A stretch of DNA of 54,205 bases, filler included, from Dirinaria sp. TL-2023a (Eukaryota), in assembly GCA_051941275.1 (NCBI GenBank). It is 3 parts of 3 records of this genome, joined end to end, with 100 filler letters (N's around TTAATTAATTAA, not from the genome) between each part and the next. Parts side by side here need not be neighbours in the genome. Positions count along the whole stretch, not along the records: positions 18,110 to 36,116 come from JAVEBF010000405.1; positions 36,217 to 54,205 come from JAVEBF010000406.1; 1 more part is not named here. One strand, given 5' to 3'. The notes under the pieces are model-generated. The model searched no databases, had not been told where the DNA came from, and saw only the letters and a list, made by a program, of their open reading frames with translations. The position numbers were made by a program, and so were the translations under genes. This document shows, piece after piece, positions 25,420 through 38,103 of this stretch. Position 1 is the stretch's first letter. Every line of letters begins with the position of its first letter.

Positions 25420-26147
25420 TCAATCATCCCTACTCTTGGAAGAGGGGTGCGTCATGGTGGAATCAGGCTCTACGACTGTACGCGTCCTCTTCTCGCTCTT
25501 CAACGCGGTGATTAATTCCTTGACAGACAGCAAGCGAGATTGTAAGTCCCGCTATGGTTGGTCAGCGCAGTCAAGATCATTTCCAGTCTGGGATACGAAC
25601 ATTTGTTGTGCAGAGAGTATCGTAGTCGAAGTCAGCAGTCTGCGTCTTGGGAGGGAATGGCATGCGTGTGATGCGCTTCTCCAACCTACGGAGACCCGGT
25701 CAGCATGCACGAAGTGCTGCCGGTCTTCTCGACCGCGTCGGGACTCACACTCTGACGTTCACTAACGTGTTCTCTCCTTCGTCAGCTGTTCTTGCCCGCT
25801 TGTGGCCGATGGGTTTTTTTACCCGATCGCAGGAGCTCATTGATCTTCTCTTGCGAAGGTCGGTCCAAAATTCTCCATTTCGCTTGGATTGTATCTTGGG
25901 ACACGTATATGACATCCCGATGTAAATACGGCGTCGGCAAAGCATTTGGGCCATCTGTCAACTCATGAGCGACATAGTAGGTAAGTACGGTGAGAGCAAC
26001 TCTACCGGGTTCGATGTGTGGCTTTCTAGCGGATGCGTCTTGTGTAGTCTCCGAAGGCTTTCGAACGGATCCGATCTGGTTTTTGCGACTGCGTCGTGCA
26101 TGTTGAATGGCGCCTCGAGTTTGGATTGGTCCCTGTTCCAGATCCAT
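25420..26147 (-). CDS. CENP-Q/Okp1/Fta7-like kinetochore protein, apparently frameshifted and short (possible pseudogene)
   Basis: Segments PYLHRDVIYVSQDTIQAKWRILD..EKINELLRS and LEKRITRMPFPPKTQTADFDYDTL..RDLQSRL resemble fungal Fta7/CENP-Q. The frame breaks at 25814-25824. Confidence 0.6.
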
Positions 26148-27445
26148 ACTGCCTAATCCTGACCTAGAACTTTTTTGGTTGTGCGCTTTAAATCGAGGCG
26201 AGCGCTCCGATTCCGAGCGGTGCTTTGTGAAGTGTGGGGTGAATACAACGTTCTACGACAAAGGTTCGAAAGTGGAATCTAGGCATGCATTGATACCTAG
26301 TACCAAAGCTTTTGCTGTCGTCTGTGATCACACTTGCAAAGTGCTGGTATGCTCATGGATTATTATTGAGACACAGCGAACGCGTAGGACGAAGGCGCGT
26401 AGTCACGTGATGATGCTAGCCGCTTATCTAAGACGAGATAAGAAGAGTGACAGGCCAGGGGGTTTGTTTAGGTTAAGCCCGCATTATTTTTCCTTGGCGC
26501 CCAGTATTGCACTAAAGTAAGGACTACCTTACCTTAGTAAGATGAAGGACGGGAGGACGGGTATGGTACCTAGTAGTAGTAAACCAGATGAGCAGGCGCA
26601 TCTTTCCACACGATGATGAATTCCAGCAAGTACTTTAGTAGGTGATAATGATAATGATACTAACACCATCCACCCACCAAATACAGCAACTAGATTAGGT
26701 ACCTTCGATCCCAATGCTTACATTACCTGAAGATATAATGCGGGTCGTCCCTGTTGCTGGTCTCTTGCTTGGTCTCGGGCACTTGCTCTACTTACTCACG
26801 GACGCTCTGACTCTCCTTTGGAAGCGACAACTGCTTATGTCGCATAGTTGTGGAGCACGATGCAAAATCAGCGCAAATCGAAAAAAGACTCAAAATCTAT
26901 CCCGGTTCCTGCACATTATGCATAAGCGGACTGCTGTGTCCTGCACTCCCATACAAACCTTGAGCGATGTCGATCTTCACGAATCTACCTGACGCGGAGC
27001 TAGTGGAGACTTCCTGATGCATGAGAACAGCGGCGATATTTCAACACCAAATGCATCGTTCTGCGAAGTGGAAGTACATGCGCGGAGATGCAACCAAATT
27101 TCGACGTAATCTCGAGCGGTGCCTGGCGGGATCGCAAGGCCGAGATCATCAGCCACCGCGGTGTATCCAGAGTTTTGACCTCATCTCTTCCCTTTGTTCG
27201 TTTAGTGGTGAGATATTGCGCAGAGGAATGTTAGTTGTCAATTCCTCATCATAATAATCCTACATTGGCGGACAAGTCCAGCGCAACTGTAGAAAGCTCC
27301 ATAGGCTCACAGCAACTGCTCATTCGTCGAATGCAGACAATGAGCGTAGCACAAAGGCTCCTTGACTCTCAGCTCTTCCTTTGCGCCTCCCAATCGCATC
27401 TGATTAAAGTCTCTCTTGAGGTCGTCATTGAGCAGAAACCAATGC

Positions 27446-29980
27446 TCATATGGGGAAGTCTCCCACCGTGTGCATTTCGTCGGTCGCTGCGGTAGCCCCG
27501 TAGACATGCAACGGGATTGTCACATCAAACGTCTCGCATGGCATGGATTGAATACCGGCCCTAATGATGCCTCTTTCGTCTTGCGCTATATCTTCTAGAA
27601 AATCCTCAAGGCCGCTGTGGGTCTCTTCCTTGCTTTTCAATCGACGGGTAACGAATTCAAAACGTAATCGCCATGCCAGACTGATTCCAGATGTAAGAAA
27701 TTCAGGAGTTGAGTTTATTGGTATCACAGGTGAGAAGAAACTTCTCTGTGAGAAAAGCGTGGAGTCGAAATGTGAAGCATGGACCCGGCGCGTAACTCGT
27801 AAAATGCTTGCCTTCGACCGCAAAGCAATGGTGGGGTCAACGCTCTCCGAAGACTCAAGCGTAGCGTGCAAGGAGTAGCAAGGTATATCGGAATCTTCGA
27901 ACGACACGACAACTGGTACTGTCTCGCCCAGGCGAAATGAGGGCCGGGCAAGCAGGACAGCAGCGATGCGATCACCGCCACGGGTGATCTCAAAACGGTT
28001 TGTGCTCTGTTTACTCGAGCCTGCAAGATTAGACTTCAATATTGCAAGATCGATCGCTTCTTTCATGGATTTAGGTTGTTCGGAAGTTGGGGTGAGCGAC
28101 CTCTCACCATTTTCTGACGGCGAGAGAAGATCGATTCCAGAACTCTGACGCTGCCTTTCTAGCATAGACTCAACATAAGAGAGGAAATTTTGGGATGATG
28201 AATTTCGTCTTCGAGTCGTAAATGATTTATCTGTAAGAACTTCGCGGGCCTGTGAGCTCTCAACGGCGGCGGTGCGCGCTTCGTCTTTCAGAATGATATG
28301 CGGAGACATCAGGTCGTGGCCAAGCGTATCACCATGTGCTTTTAAATATCAGTAGTTGCATTAAATGGAAGTACGTTAAACGTACCATTTACACCAGCCA
28401 ATACACGAAATGGAATGTCTACATGTTGAATGTTGTGCTTATGGGACATTTTTGCTGCTCGTTGAGAGCCAACCACAAGGCTATAAGCAACCTTCATTGC
28501 TCTGCCCTTGTGGGTTGGAGGGATCCCCATGGGCAATCGGTGCCTGTAGGTGTAGCTCTTACTTTCACCAGGCCGCAGTTGTAAGTCGACAAAGAGAATA
28601 GACTGTGGAGTTGAAAGGATGGGTATCGACTTGGCGTTGCTGCTGGAGGTTTTCTCCTTGATGGTGCTTAACTCTCCACCTCCAAGAAACCCTCCAAACG
28701 ATTCCCCTATATTCCCCCATCCTGAGAAACTAAACAGCCCACTATCCCGTTTGGCAGTTTCGGCCCTCACTACACCTCCCCCGCCCTGGTCGCCTATGAT
28801 ACCCTTCCTTTTCACTTCTTCAAAGGGACTTTGGTTGATAAGGGATGAGTCAAGAGTGAAGGACCCTATGATATGGCCATAGCCCATCATCAATACTTCC
28901 GGCTGTGGAAACCTTTTGTTGGGGCTGAGCGAGGACATTTGCCAGCTCTGTGGAGGCGGCAAAGGCCGACGGGCTCTGTCATGGCCGATGTAATCTGATG
29001 CCAAGGTCTCCGACGAGTGATTACTCATTGAGTAGAATTCGCCACTACTCTTGGGCGTGCCATTGACACTTGACTCCGAAAGTACACATGTGGCAGGATT
29101 GATATCACCAAGTTTACCACTAGCGTCGTTATGACGCGGACCGGCCGATTTCGACAAGAATTCAATATTCAACCCTTCTCGATGCTCTTCAATGAAAGAC
29201 GGCACATTGGGGAGTCTATGATCATGGGATATGGAGTACGAGGGCCGTCGCGAGCCTTTGGGCGTCTGACCGGCCGAACTTCCACCAGACCGTACCAAGG
29301 GAGGGACATCCGCATGTGGACGGGGACTGGCAGTTCCTGTTGAGCTCGACGTTCGGAGCAAAGGTGAAGGGAAGGTAGAGGCGCGAGTACTGGCGGTAGC
29401 TGGAGCGCAACCATCAGCCATGCATATATCTAGCATTGCCGCCTCGCTTACCAGGTATAGATTCATTGACCCTCACACCACCTCGTCGTGGCAACAGCTG
29501 TAGGCTGGCAGCCCGAGCATGCCCTGGGCCATTTGGCCGGGAGGCTGAAGCGACGCTATCCTGCGTCTGCCGGCTACGATATGGATCGTTTGTGAGGGAA
29601 ACAATCGATATGGACCTCCTATGTTTTCCCTGGTGGTTACCATGTTCAACAGATGCCGCTTGGTTAAGGCTTGTGGTGGAATTTTGCCGGGTACCAACTG
29701 GCGAGGTCAATGACAGAGCTGGCGTAAGTGCTTTAAAAGCTTCCTGGGAAAAGGAGCTATTCCGAGTGTGCCCTATCGACTTGCTGGTACCTTGCAGCGG
29801 TAATGATTCTTTCCAACGTTCACGCCCTGAGCCTTGGCTGCGAAAATGAGAGCTTGGTGAGAGCGACTGCTGAGTCTGCTGCACATGCGCAACATTTCTG
29901 AACGTGATCACGCATTCCAAATCCTCGCCTGCGAATATAGTAGAGCTTTTCCATTGCACGGAAACCCGAATGTCAGACAT
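27446..29980 (-). CDS. RGP1: Rgp1, subunit of the Ric1-Rgp1 Rab6/Ypt6 GEF
   Basis: Motifs STIFAGEDLECVITF, LMMGYGHIIGSFTLD, PILSTPQSILFVDL, LPMGIPPTHKGRA, RLGETV and WRLRFEFVT. Three exons. Confidence 0.9.
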
Positions 29981-30399
29981 CTTGCAGAGGCTAGGAACAA
30001 AGTGTCTTCCCTCGTCCAGAAAACCATCGTGAGGGCTAGGACTTGCTGCTCGAAGCTGTTGTGCTCATATGACTTCTCCATAGAGCCGTGATAGCATGGA
30101 TACCAATGTACAACGACAACACCCAACGCTATTCATAAGAGCCATTGTGAATTTGGTAGTCAAAGAGGGAAGGCAGGCATATCAAAAATATCGAGAATGG
30201 AACTTTTCATTGTTTGGGGCTTCGGCTGTTCTCCGGAGGGCACGCCCAGATACCCGTACTAGGAGGCTAGATACTGGGGAACACGCAGCAGAGCAAGGGT
30301 TCAAGTTGTCGAGACAAGCATGGTCCTCTCAGATAATGCTGATATATATTATGTCAACAAGAACCATCTAAATAGTATGACTCTGCTAATAATATCGCA

Positions 30400-31494
30400 T
30401 CACAAGATTCTACTGGACAATGATACACTTGTGCGGGCTACAGAAGAAGCGTCCAATGCACTTGAGCGCTGCTCTTCTGTGGCAAGCCGATTCTGGCTAT
30501 CATCGCGAAGTCTCTGCTTGTGCAAAGGAATCTGATCTCTCCCAATGCCCTTTTGCCTCCACTTTTTGGGCGGTTTGATTCCTGATTCGGCCTTCTGACT
30601 CCAAATCACCGCCCCTCGTCTATCCCACCTCTGCCGGCGGCTTGCCTCTTCTGTTTCGGTTGGCTTCCATTTACTCTTCAAGATTCTGCGAATTGCTTCT
30701 GGGGATACTTCAAACTGCTCGGCCAATACCGAAGTTGTGTACTTGGCAGGGTATTGAACGTGTAGTGCGCGGATACCGTCGAGGGCATCAGGTGAAAGCC
30801 TTTTTCGTGGAGTCCACCCGGCTTGCCCAAATTTTTTGGCCAAAGCTTGCTTCTGTATCTGCCAGTCTTCTCTCTTGTGTTCGTCCCCAGCGGCTGCTTT
30901 CACTTTCCTAAGGCCCTCAGTAGAGCGGGGCAAACCATCTTTCTTGATACTATATCGTGTGCTACGCTTTTCAACGGTGTTTCCGCGATCACTTCGAACG
31001 CTGTTCATGTCGGTCGAACCTATAGAACTATACAAATTGCTTTTCCGATCCTGCTGCGCAATCTGTGGAGTGGCTGGCCTTAGGAGGGATATTTGCGGAT
31101 CCAGATCTCCGCATTCAAATTGACGAAGGCCAAGTCCTTCACCTTTGCCAGTCCGACCAGAAAGCTCTTGACTCCAGGATGTCCTCAGAACGCCAACAGA
31201 TTGAGATTCAGATTTCTTCGATGTTTGTATGGAACGCCCAGCGTGAGTGAATGGGAGGAATTTATCATCGTTTGTCCCTCTTTCAAGTTGATTATCCATG
31301 TACAAAGGATTGTTATGATGTTGTAGAGAACGATTGAAGAGTGAAGCTGGAGCGGAGTGAAAGGGGCGAGATATTCGGGACCTTAGTTTAGAAGAATGCA
31401 GTTGCTTTCTTCTTAGGAGGTTGCGCTCGAACAATGTGCTATTGAAAGCTCGTAGAGCTCTGAGCACACATGAGGGACAGAGCATGTGCGCCAT
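30400..31494 (-). CDS. RRG9: Mitochondrial Rrg9/neugrin family protein
   Basis: Single ORF containing [52 protein letters not shown]. Confidence 0.92.
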   Translation of the reverse strand: MAHMLCPSCVLRALRAFNSTLFERNLLRRKQLHSSKLRSRISRPFHSAPASLFNRSLQHHNNPLYMDNQLERGTNDDKFLPFTHAGRSIQTSKKSESQSVGVLRTSWSQELSGRTGKGEGLGLRQFECGDLDPQISLLRPATPQIAQQDRKSNLYSSIGSTDMNSVRSDRGNTVEKRSTRYSIKKDGLPRSTEGLRKVKAAAGDEHKREDWQIQKQALAKKFGQAGWTPRKRLSPDALDGIRALHVQYPAKYTTSVLAEQFEVSPEAIRRILKSKWKPTETEEASRRQRWDRRGAVIWSQKAESGIKPPKKWRQKGIGRDQIPLHKQRLRDDSQNRLATEEQRSSALDASSVARTSVSLSSRIL

Positions 31495-32737
31495 AAGGAA
31501 GAGATCTCTATGGTAGAGATAGCGCTTGAAGGTGACCAGCTTGGAGTATCAGTACTTTGTTCTACGAGAGAAAATTTCATTTCGAGGATACTGTAACCGA
31601 GGGGACGGAAATCTGCCGCGGTGCCAAGCTTTTAACCCACGCTCCCTCGGCTCCCACCGTGCCATCCGAGCGGCCCCTGATCGTCAATTGCAGAACCTTT
31701 TAGCCGAACTCGGAAAAGGCGAATTTCCAGTTTATCTGCATAAGGTAGAGAATTGCACCCGACAGGAGATGTAGAGACCTTGTACTGTAATAACTTCTGC
31801 AGATAACACCCCAGAAGCTGTTGCCCATGATTTCGATCTTGTGCATGTTCCTAAGTCACCAAAGGGTGATTGACCCTCAACTCGTTGGCTTGATCTCATC
31901 GCTCGTCGTCACGACAGAGAGAGCGAGCTGACGTTCCTTAAAGAAGGCTGCTTCAACCTCTAATAGGGCACTCTCTACCGGCATCGCCTTCGCAGTGAAC
32001 ACGAAGAAATAGAGTCTTCTCAAAGAAGCTGATTGTGTCTACCCCAAGGCCTAGAGTACGCAGCCAATTTCGGCACCTCATTCAAGAAGTCGCGTAGGGA
32101 AAGACCAACGATCTCTACTCTACCCTATATTGTGAGCCTTGGCTCTGGATCTTATTTTCATTCAGAGCGAAGGAGATATCGAAGAAGAGAAGAAGTACAT
32201 TTAGCGGATAGAGGAAAAAAGGAAGTCGAGCTTACGGATGCTCCTAAATTCGCCAGGACTTAAATACGTACTTATATAATAAGTAGGTTGAGTCAATTCC
32301 CGGGCAGAAAATCTCTCATCCGGGGAAACCAGCAGCTACTCGTAGTAAATGCCGTTTACATTGCAATTCAAGACTCGGTGTAGGTATGTATAAGGTACTT
32401 ATCGATTCATTCTCTACCGAGGCGTGGGTGTTTCCACGTGACTTCTGCATCCATGTCATCATCGTTTTGCCACACCGCGAATCACAGTACAGATAAATAA
32501 GGTGGTGACCAACTACCTTATGTCGTCCTGGATAGTCAGAGCAAGTTGACGTCGGCCAAAACCTACTGAACAATTTTCAGCATCCATCTAGGTCAATTTA
32601 TTGTGATACTACCATGATCGATCAGTATCGCTTCCCACAAGCGCTTCCGAGGTATTGTATTCAAGTATCAGTGATACTTTAGGAATATCTCACTCCCTCT
32701 CCTCAGCTTCAATTTCACTCCTTACTTTACATTCCTC

Positions 32738-34367
32738 ATGGTGTGGCCTAATCCGCTCAGAAGAGCGGATAAGAACTCCCGCACATGCTGGGGATATTCA
32801 TTCCAACTGACTGACACACATCCTACCCCTGAACACATGCGTCCGTTGAAGTACTCTTACGATAAGCTGGGAGAGAAAGCATTGAAGCGTCTAAACTCCA
32901 TTTCCGGTCATTCGGATTCCCTAGATGCTCCCAAACTTCCAGGCGGGCGTAAAGGAAGCCAGGGTGACAGGTCCGCAACATATCAATCCGCTGAGGACAA
33001 TTCCAATGCTAAAGCAGAGGGAGACTGGTACATTATGCTTCGTGAGAATGCGGGCAATGATGCGGTACTCTATGAGCTATGGACAGAAGTCCAGACAGTA
33101 CCCCACTGGGTTGACTGGGCCCAAGTCGCCCGCGGACAAGACGTCTTCTACAGATATTGTGGGCCCGCTTTTACTGGCTTGGCCTACCAATCTCTACTCG
33201 GCGGCATGGTAAGGATTCCGGAACATGTGACATCGGTATGATACTCTGGTCTGATAAGATTGGACAGGGCGCAAACAGAGTAGTGGAAGTCCTTGCGAGA
33301 ACAGTCAATGCCTCCCGCAACCGTATTAACATTGCTTCATGGTTGACGCTTTAGTTAGGGCGGATTTTCTACACGAGTTGCGAGACGCCGTCTGTTCGAG
33401 ACTACGCAACTAATCCTTCAGGTGACTCAGTCACTTCATTCTATTCAACCTGGGGGCGCAGGCCATGCTTCAGCCGTTCGAGTCCGCTTGTTGCACGCTG
33501 CAGTTCGCCAAAAGATTATGAAGATGGCTCATGAAAAACCTGATTATTTTGATGTGGACCGTTTCGGTGTACCCATTAATGATTTGGATTGTATTGGGAC
33601 CATTGCCACCTTTTCCGTTTTCCTGATCTGGTTGAGCCTTCCTCGTCAAGGAATATATGTGTCGCAGCAAGAAGCGGCCGATTATATGCATCTATGGCGA
33701 TACGTGGCCTATCTTATGGGAACGCCCACCGAGTATTTTGAAACGCCACAGAAATCCAGGCGAGTCATGGAGGCCTTAATGCTTTACGAAGTTAACCCTT
33801 CAGAAACCTCAAGAGCTCTCGCGAGTAATGTGGTCAGCTGCCTAACGGATCAGCCGCCAGCTTACCTGTCAAGGCACTTTATCGAAGTCAGTAGCCGATG
33901 GCTCAACGGTAACGAGCTTTGTGATGAACTTGGGCTCGGCAATCCAGGTATGTATTACTGGGCTCTGATGGCGGGTCAATGCTTGTTTTTTATGGTGGTG
34001 TGCTACACTTATCGCCTTATTCCGTACCTTGATCGAAGAAAGATAGAGGTATGTCTCATTTCTGCTTAGGAACTTGTGTATGCTCATGTTTAGCTTGCAG
34101 GCTCTGCGAAGAATATGTTGGGCTGTTGTCGTTGAAAGTAAAACTGGGCTTGGAGGAGAGACTGCCTTCGAATTCAAATACATACCAGACTTCTCTAAGA
34201 AAACCCATGAGGAAGCTCCTGAAACCAGTGGATCGAAGCGATCAGGAGTAGAAAAGAGGAATCTACAAGCCTTCATGATAGCCTGCTGTCTCCTCATCTC
34301 TGCCACATATGCTGGTATGAGGATTTTCCGGTATACATACGTGTGGTGCTCCAGAGCTATCACTTAG
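32738..34367 (+). CDS. ER-bound oxygenase, MpaB/Lcp (rubber oxygenase)-like, DUF2236
   Basis: Motifs WVDWAQVARGQDVFYRY, VLARTGGFSTRVARRRLFETTQ, VRVRLLHAAVR, GVPINDLD and WRYVAYLMG, plus C-terminal TM segments. Four exons. Confidence 0.85.
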
Positions 34368-35769
34368 CTAGTCCGTCAGGTAAGATGGCAAGTGTGCTTA
34401 ATATGTTGATGGAAATGTTTTCTCTTCTTCTCATTACCAAGCTGCGAAACACCTGCCTTTGAACTCAGATCATTGCGAAACTCATCAATGCATCAGAAGT
34501 ACTTTGCAGTGTGGGTCTTGGTGTTGAGCATGGTCTAAGTTGAACGACCGACCAATGCTTGCCTAAATAAAGCTGTCAAACTATCCGACTGTCCGACCGG
34601 CCGACTGTGAGAACTCGTTGATTTTTTTTCATGCGGATGGGAGATGCGAATAACGAAATGTATCATTGCAGCTTTGGAAATAACCTGTTCGTATTCTTTG
34701 TGTTCTCATTTGAGTACGGTTTGCAATGATGAGAGATTCCTTTCTGAAACTGGGTTGCAAAAATCGCGTCTCCAAAGGGCCTATGGGCTTGGAGTACCTA
34801 GGCTCGTTCTCACCTTTACATGTGAAGAGCAACCAATTCCTGATGAGCTCTTCTATACCCGCGTCCTCTTCGCTGCCTGAGAAACACGACTGCTGAATTT
34901 CTCAGACCTGGAGAGTACGCTGTTTGGAAGTCCCAGCTGCGAATACGGACGACAGCAACTAGGATGCGATATCATCTTCGCCGGACAAAAAGCTTGGATC
35001 GGAGAACTTTCAGTACTTTGTAGCGATTCGTGGTAGCTCGCGCTCGCAGAGGTACACGACTTGATCTCAAAACAGTCAAAAAGCATGAGGCCTTACTGTG
35101 GAACAGAGAAAACCGTCCTCATACTTGCTTAAAGTGTTGCAGTGCTCGTAGAGAAATAGCAACTGGAAGCAAATTGAAGCTGAGATATTTTCAATATCGC
35201 ACAACCGGAGGCTTTTCTCCCGCAGACTCGAAAGCTAACACACTAATCAAACTGGGGTATGCAGAACCGCGATTGTATCATCCGCTGATGCGAAAATTAT
35301 GCAGTCGAGGTGGAGCCGGGTCGATAGGGTGAGGCTGAGGCGAGTTGCTAAGGTCCAAGGGTCTTTGGATTGTTGTTGCGGATGAGGTCTGCCTTATTGA
35401 ATGCAATTCCCGTTGTATACTGGCTGGCGCTGATGAGTACTGCACGCGATTTCTTTTGGGCATATTGCCCTTTAAATCAACTTACCGTAATACACTGTCG
35501 GGCTGTGTCATACTCTGGCCGAGACCCCGCATAGCTGACGTGCCTGCCGAGCCTGTGATCATACGATATTAAGGTATACCTCGGTCGATTACGGTTACGC
35601 AAAGATTTCTCAATCCACCAAGCCTACATGTACCTTGCCTGCCTCTGCTCAGGAAAGAAACTCCGATTAAAGACACAGATTTCCCCATGAGAGAAGTCAC
35701 CCTCCTTTCTGCCAACTGGATATCCAGCATAGCAACACTACCCTCAAATTCCTTTTCTCTCGCCCTCTT

Positions 35770-36079
35770 CAGTAGCGTCCCCCTGCGTATCTCTCAGCTA
35801 CCGATCGGCGCCCTGCCCTAGCACCAACCTGACGACCTCCCCCCTTTCACAGTGCTGGCCATCTATACGGACCGCTCAACGGCAGCGAAGTCGAATCCAC
35901 TTTGTTTCACATCCGCTGCTATCGGTAAACCGACAGAGCACATCCGTCCTTCCCTTTCTGGCCGCGACGTGTAGGGCGTCGCTCTTCTTGCCCGTCGCCT
36001 CGGTACATATCAGCATGTCAGCGATGCTAAGCGATGCGCCGCACTCCGCCGCGGCCCCGGAGAAGAGATACAAGTGCAC
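35770..36079 (-). pseudogene. Degenerate ankyrin-repeat gene fragment
   Basis: DALHVAARKGRTDVL and EVVRLVLGQGADR*LRDTQG match the ankyrin consensus, with an in-frame stop and frameshifts. It abuts the contig end. Confidence 0.55.
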
Positions 36080-36116
36080 ATAGAGCCTCTCAAGTTCGGG
36101 TTGGCTCAGTGGGAGA

Positions 36117-36216
36117 NNNNNNNNNNNNNNNNNNNNNNNNNNNNNNNNNNNNNNNNNNNNTTAATTAATTAANNNNNNNNNNNNNNNNNNNNNNNNNNNN
36201 NNNNNNNNNNNNNNNN
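36117..36216. other. Artificial contig-join spacer
   Basis: 44 N + TTAATTAATTAA + 44 N. Confidence 0.97.
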
Positions 36217-37222
36217 TTATGGGACTGGCATTGGCTGCCATTTTCAGCGATTGTCGTGGTCATACTTGGAGCATGGCAAGTCTATCGGAATCGTCAGTAG
36301 CACTTCCGTTGTCGCCGCACTTCGCATCTGTCTGACGGTATTAGCAGAGGTCAAGAAAACACTTAATCCGGATGTCTACCAGGAATTTCCCCTCAAACAA
36401 AAGACAGAAATATCACACAATGTCGCAATGTAAGTTCTTGAATGATCTGGTTCCAGTTGGCTTTTCCTTACAATCAGCAGCTATCGCTTTGGCCTTCCCA
36501 GTTCCACAAACATACTCGGTCTGCCAATTGGCCAACACATGTCAGTGGCTGCTACCATACAGGGTCAACCCAAGGAAGTTGTCCGCTCTTACACACCCAT
36601 CTCTTCGGACGAGGATCAAGGCTACTTTGACCTCCTCATCAAATCATATCCTACAGGCAACATCTCCAAGCACGTGGCTACGTTGAAGATCGGACAGACC
36701 CTAAAGGTCAAAGGCCCCAAAGGTGCCATGGTGTACACTCCAGGACTTGTAAGGCATTTCGGGATGATCGCTGGGGGTACAGGAATCACGCCTATGCTAC
36801 AGATTATAAGAGCGATTATTCGGGGAAGGCCGAGGAATGGGGGAAAAGATACAACGCAAGTGGATTTGATATTCGCGAATGTCAACGTTGAGGACATATT
36901 ACTTAAGGACGATTTGGACAAGCTAGCAGCGGAGGATGAGGGATTTCGAGTGTACTATGTGCTCAACAACCCTCCAGAGAAATGGGATGGCGGTGTAGGC
37001 TTTTGTACACCAGAGATGATCAAGGTGATTGGAGTCTCGATGCTTGAAGCTACAGCACTAATCATGATTCAGGAGCGTCTGCCTCCGCCCGCGAAGGACA
37101 TTAAAATTCTTATTTGCGGTCCCCCGCCTATGGTCAGCGCTATGAAGAAGGCGACCGATTCTCTAGGCTACGAAAAGCCCAAGCCAGTCAGCAAGCTGGT
37201 TGACCAGGTATTCTGCTTCTAG
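36217..37222 (+). CDS. CBR1: NADH-cytochrome b5 reductase (5' end missing at contig edge)
   Basis: N-terminal [17 protein letters not shown], then [47 protein letters not shown] and a C-terminal VFCF. Confidence 0.93.
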
Positions 37223-37517
37223 TGCCAATCGATCTATTGGGCGATGGGAGCGAAGACGGCCAAGCTTAATGTATGTACCCACCGTCTCTCGGCATTGGTT
37301 ATGTAAGGTAGATGAACTTTTTTAGCGTTAAGGCGCAATATGGACATTCAACTGCCCAACTCCAATTTGCTGTGAAGGGTGCAACTGGATCCGCTCCCGG
37401 GCCGATTCTCTGCCTGCAATTTGTAATTGGTGTGGACCACGTATCCCCACCGCAGCGGCAAGGCCACACTTGGTGAATTTCAGAATCCACAGGGCGTATC
37501 TCAACCTTTCCACCTCA

Positions 37518-38103
37518 TCACCGATACAGCACCTTTTGTCCTCCTCTTTTTTCCATCTTCTTTTGCCTGTTGCTCGTAGCACTTCCGTTGGTACTTTTCC
37601 CCTCGCCTTGTTGGCCTGTCATCCCGGCCAGACCCTGCCTCATTCCTCCAAATGTCGTCCATGCCAACCAAACACTGTAGAGTGGGATCGCACTCCATGC
37701 CCACCATGCCTTATTTCCAAAGACAGCGGCGACAAATATACAGCCCCAAGACCAGTATAGCACATCCCACAGGTATTCCGTCAAGCCCTTCGCTTCGAGG
37801 TCTTCCCCCGATCGCTTGACTTCTCCGTTGGGCGCGATTGAGGGGCGGCCAATCTTTTCTAGCCAAAACTCAATGGCAAGAGCTGGCGATGATAGCAAGA
37901 AGTAGAGGAGAATGGTATTCCTGGTGCAGGACGAGCGAAAGAGGAGGAAGCGTGAAAGGGCGAAGATTAAATTAACTCCTAGAGCGATGAGATGTGTGCG
38001 CTTTAATATTGCGCTGTTGCGCGCTGCCTGCTGTTTTGCAGCTTTCTAAGCCGACAGTCAGCGGCTATCATCAAATGCCAGTAAATGGACAGACCTGCGC
38101 CAT
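37518..38103 (-). CDS. SND2: SRP-independent targeting protein Snd2/TMEM208 (DUF788)
   Basis: MAQ|KAAKQQAARN (short first exon), GEDLEAKGLTEYLWDVLY, and basic tail RQKKMEKRGGQKVLYR. Confidence 0.88.
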
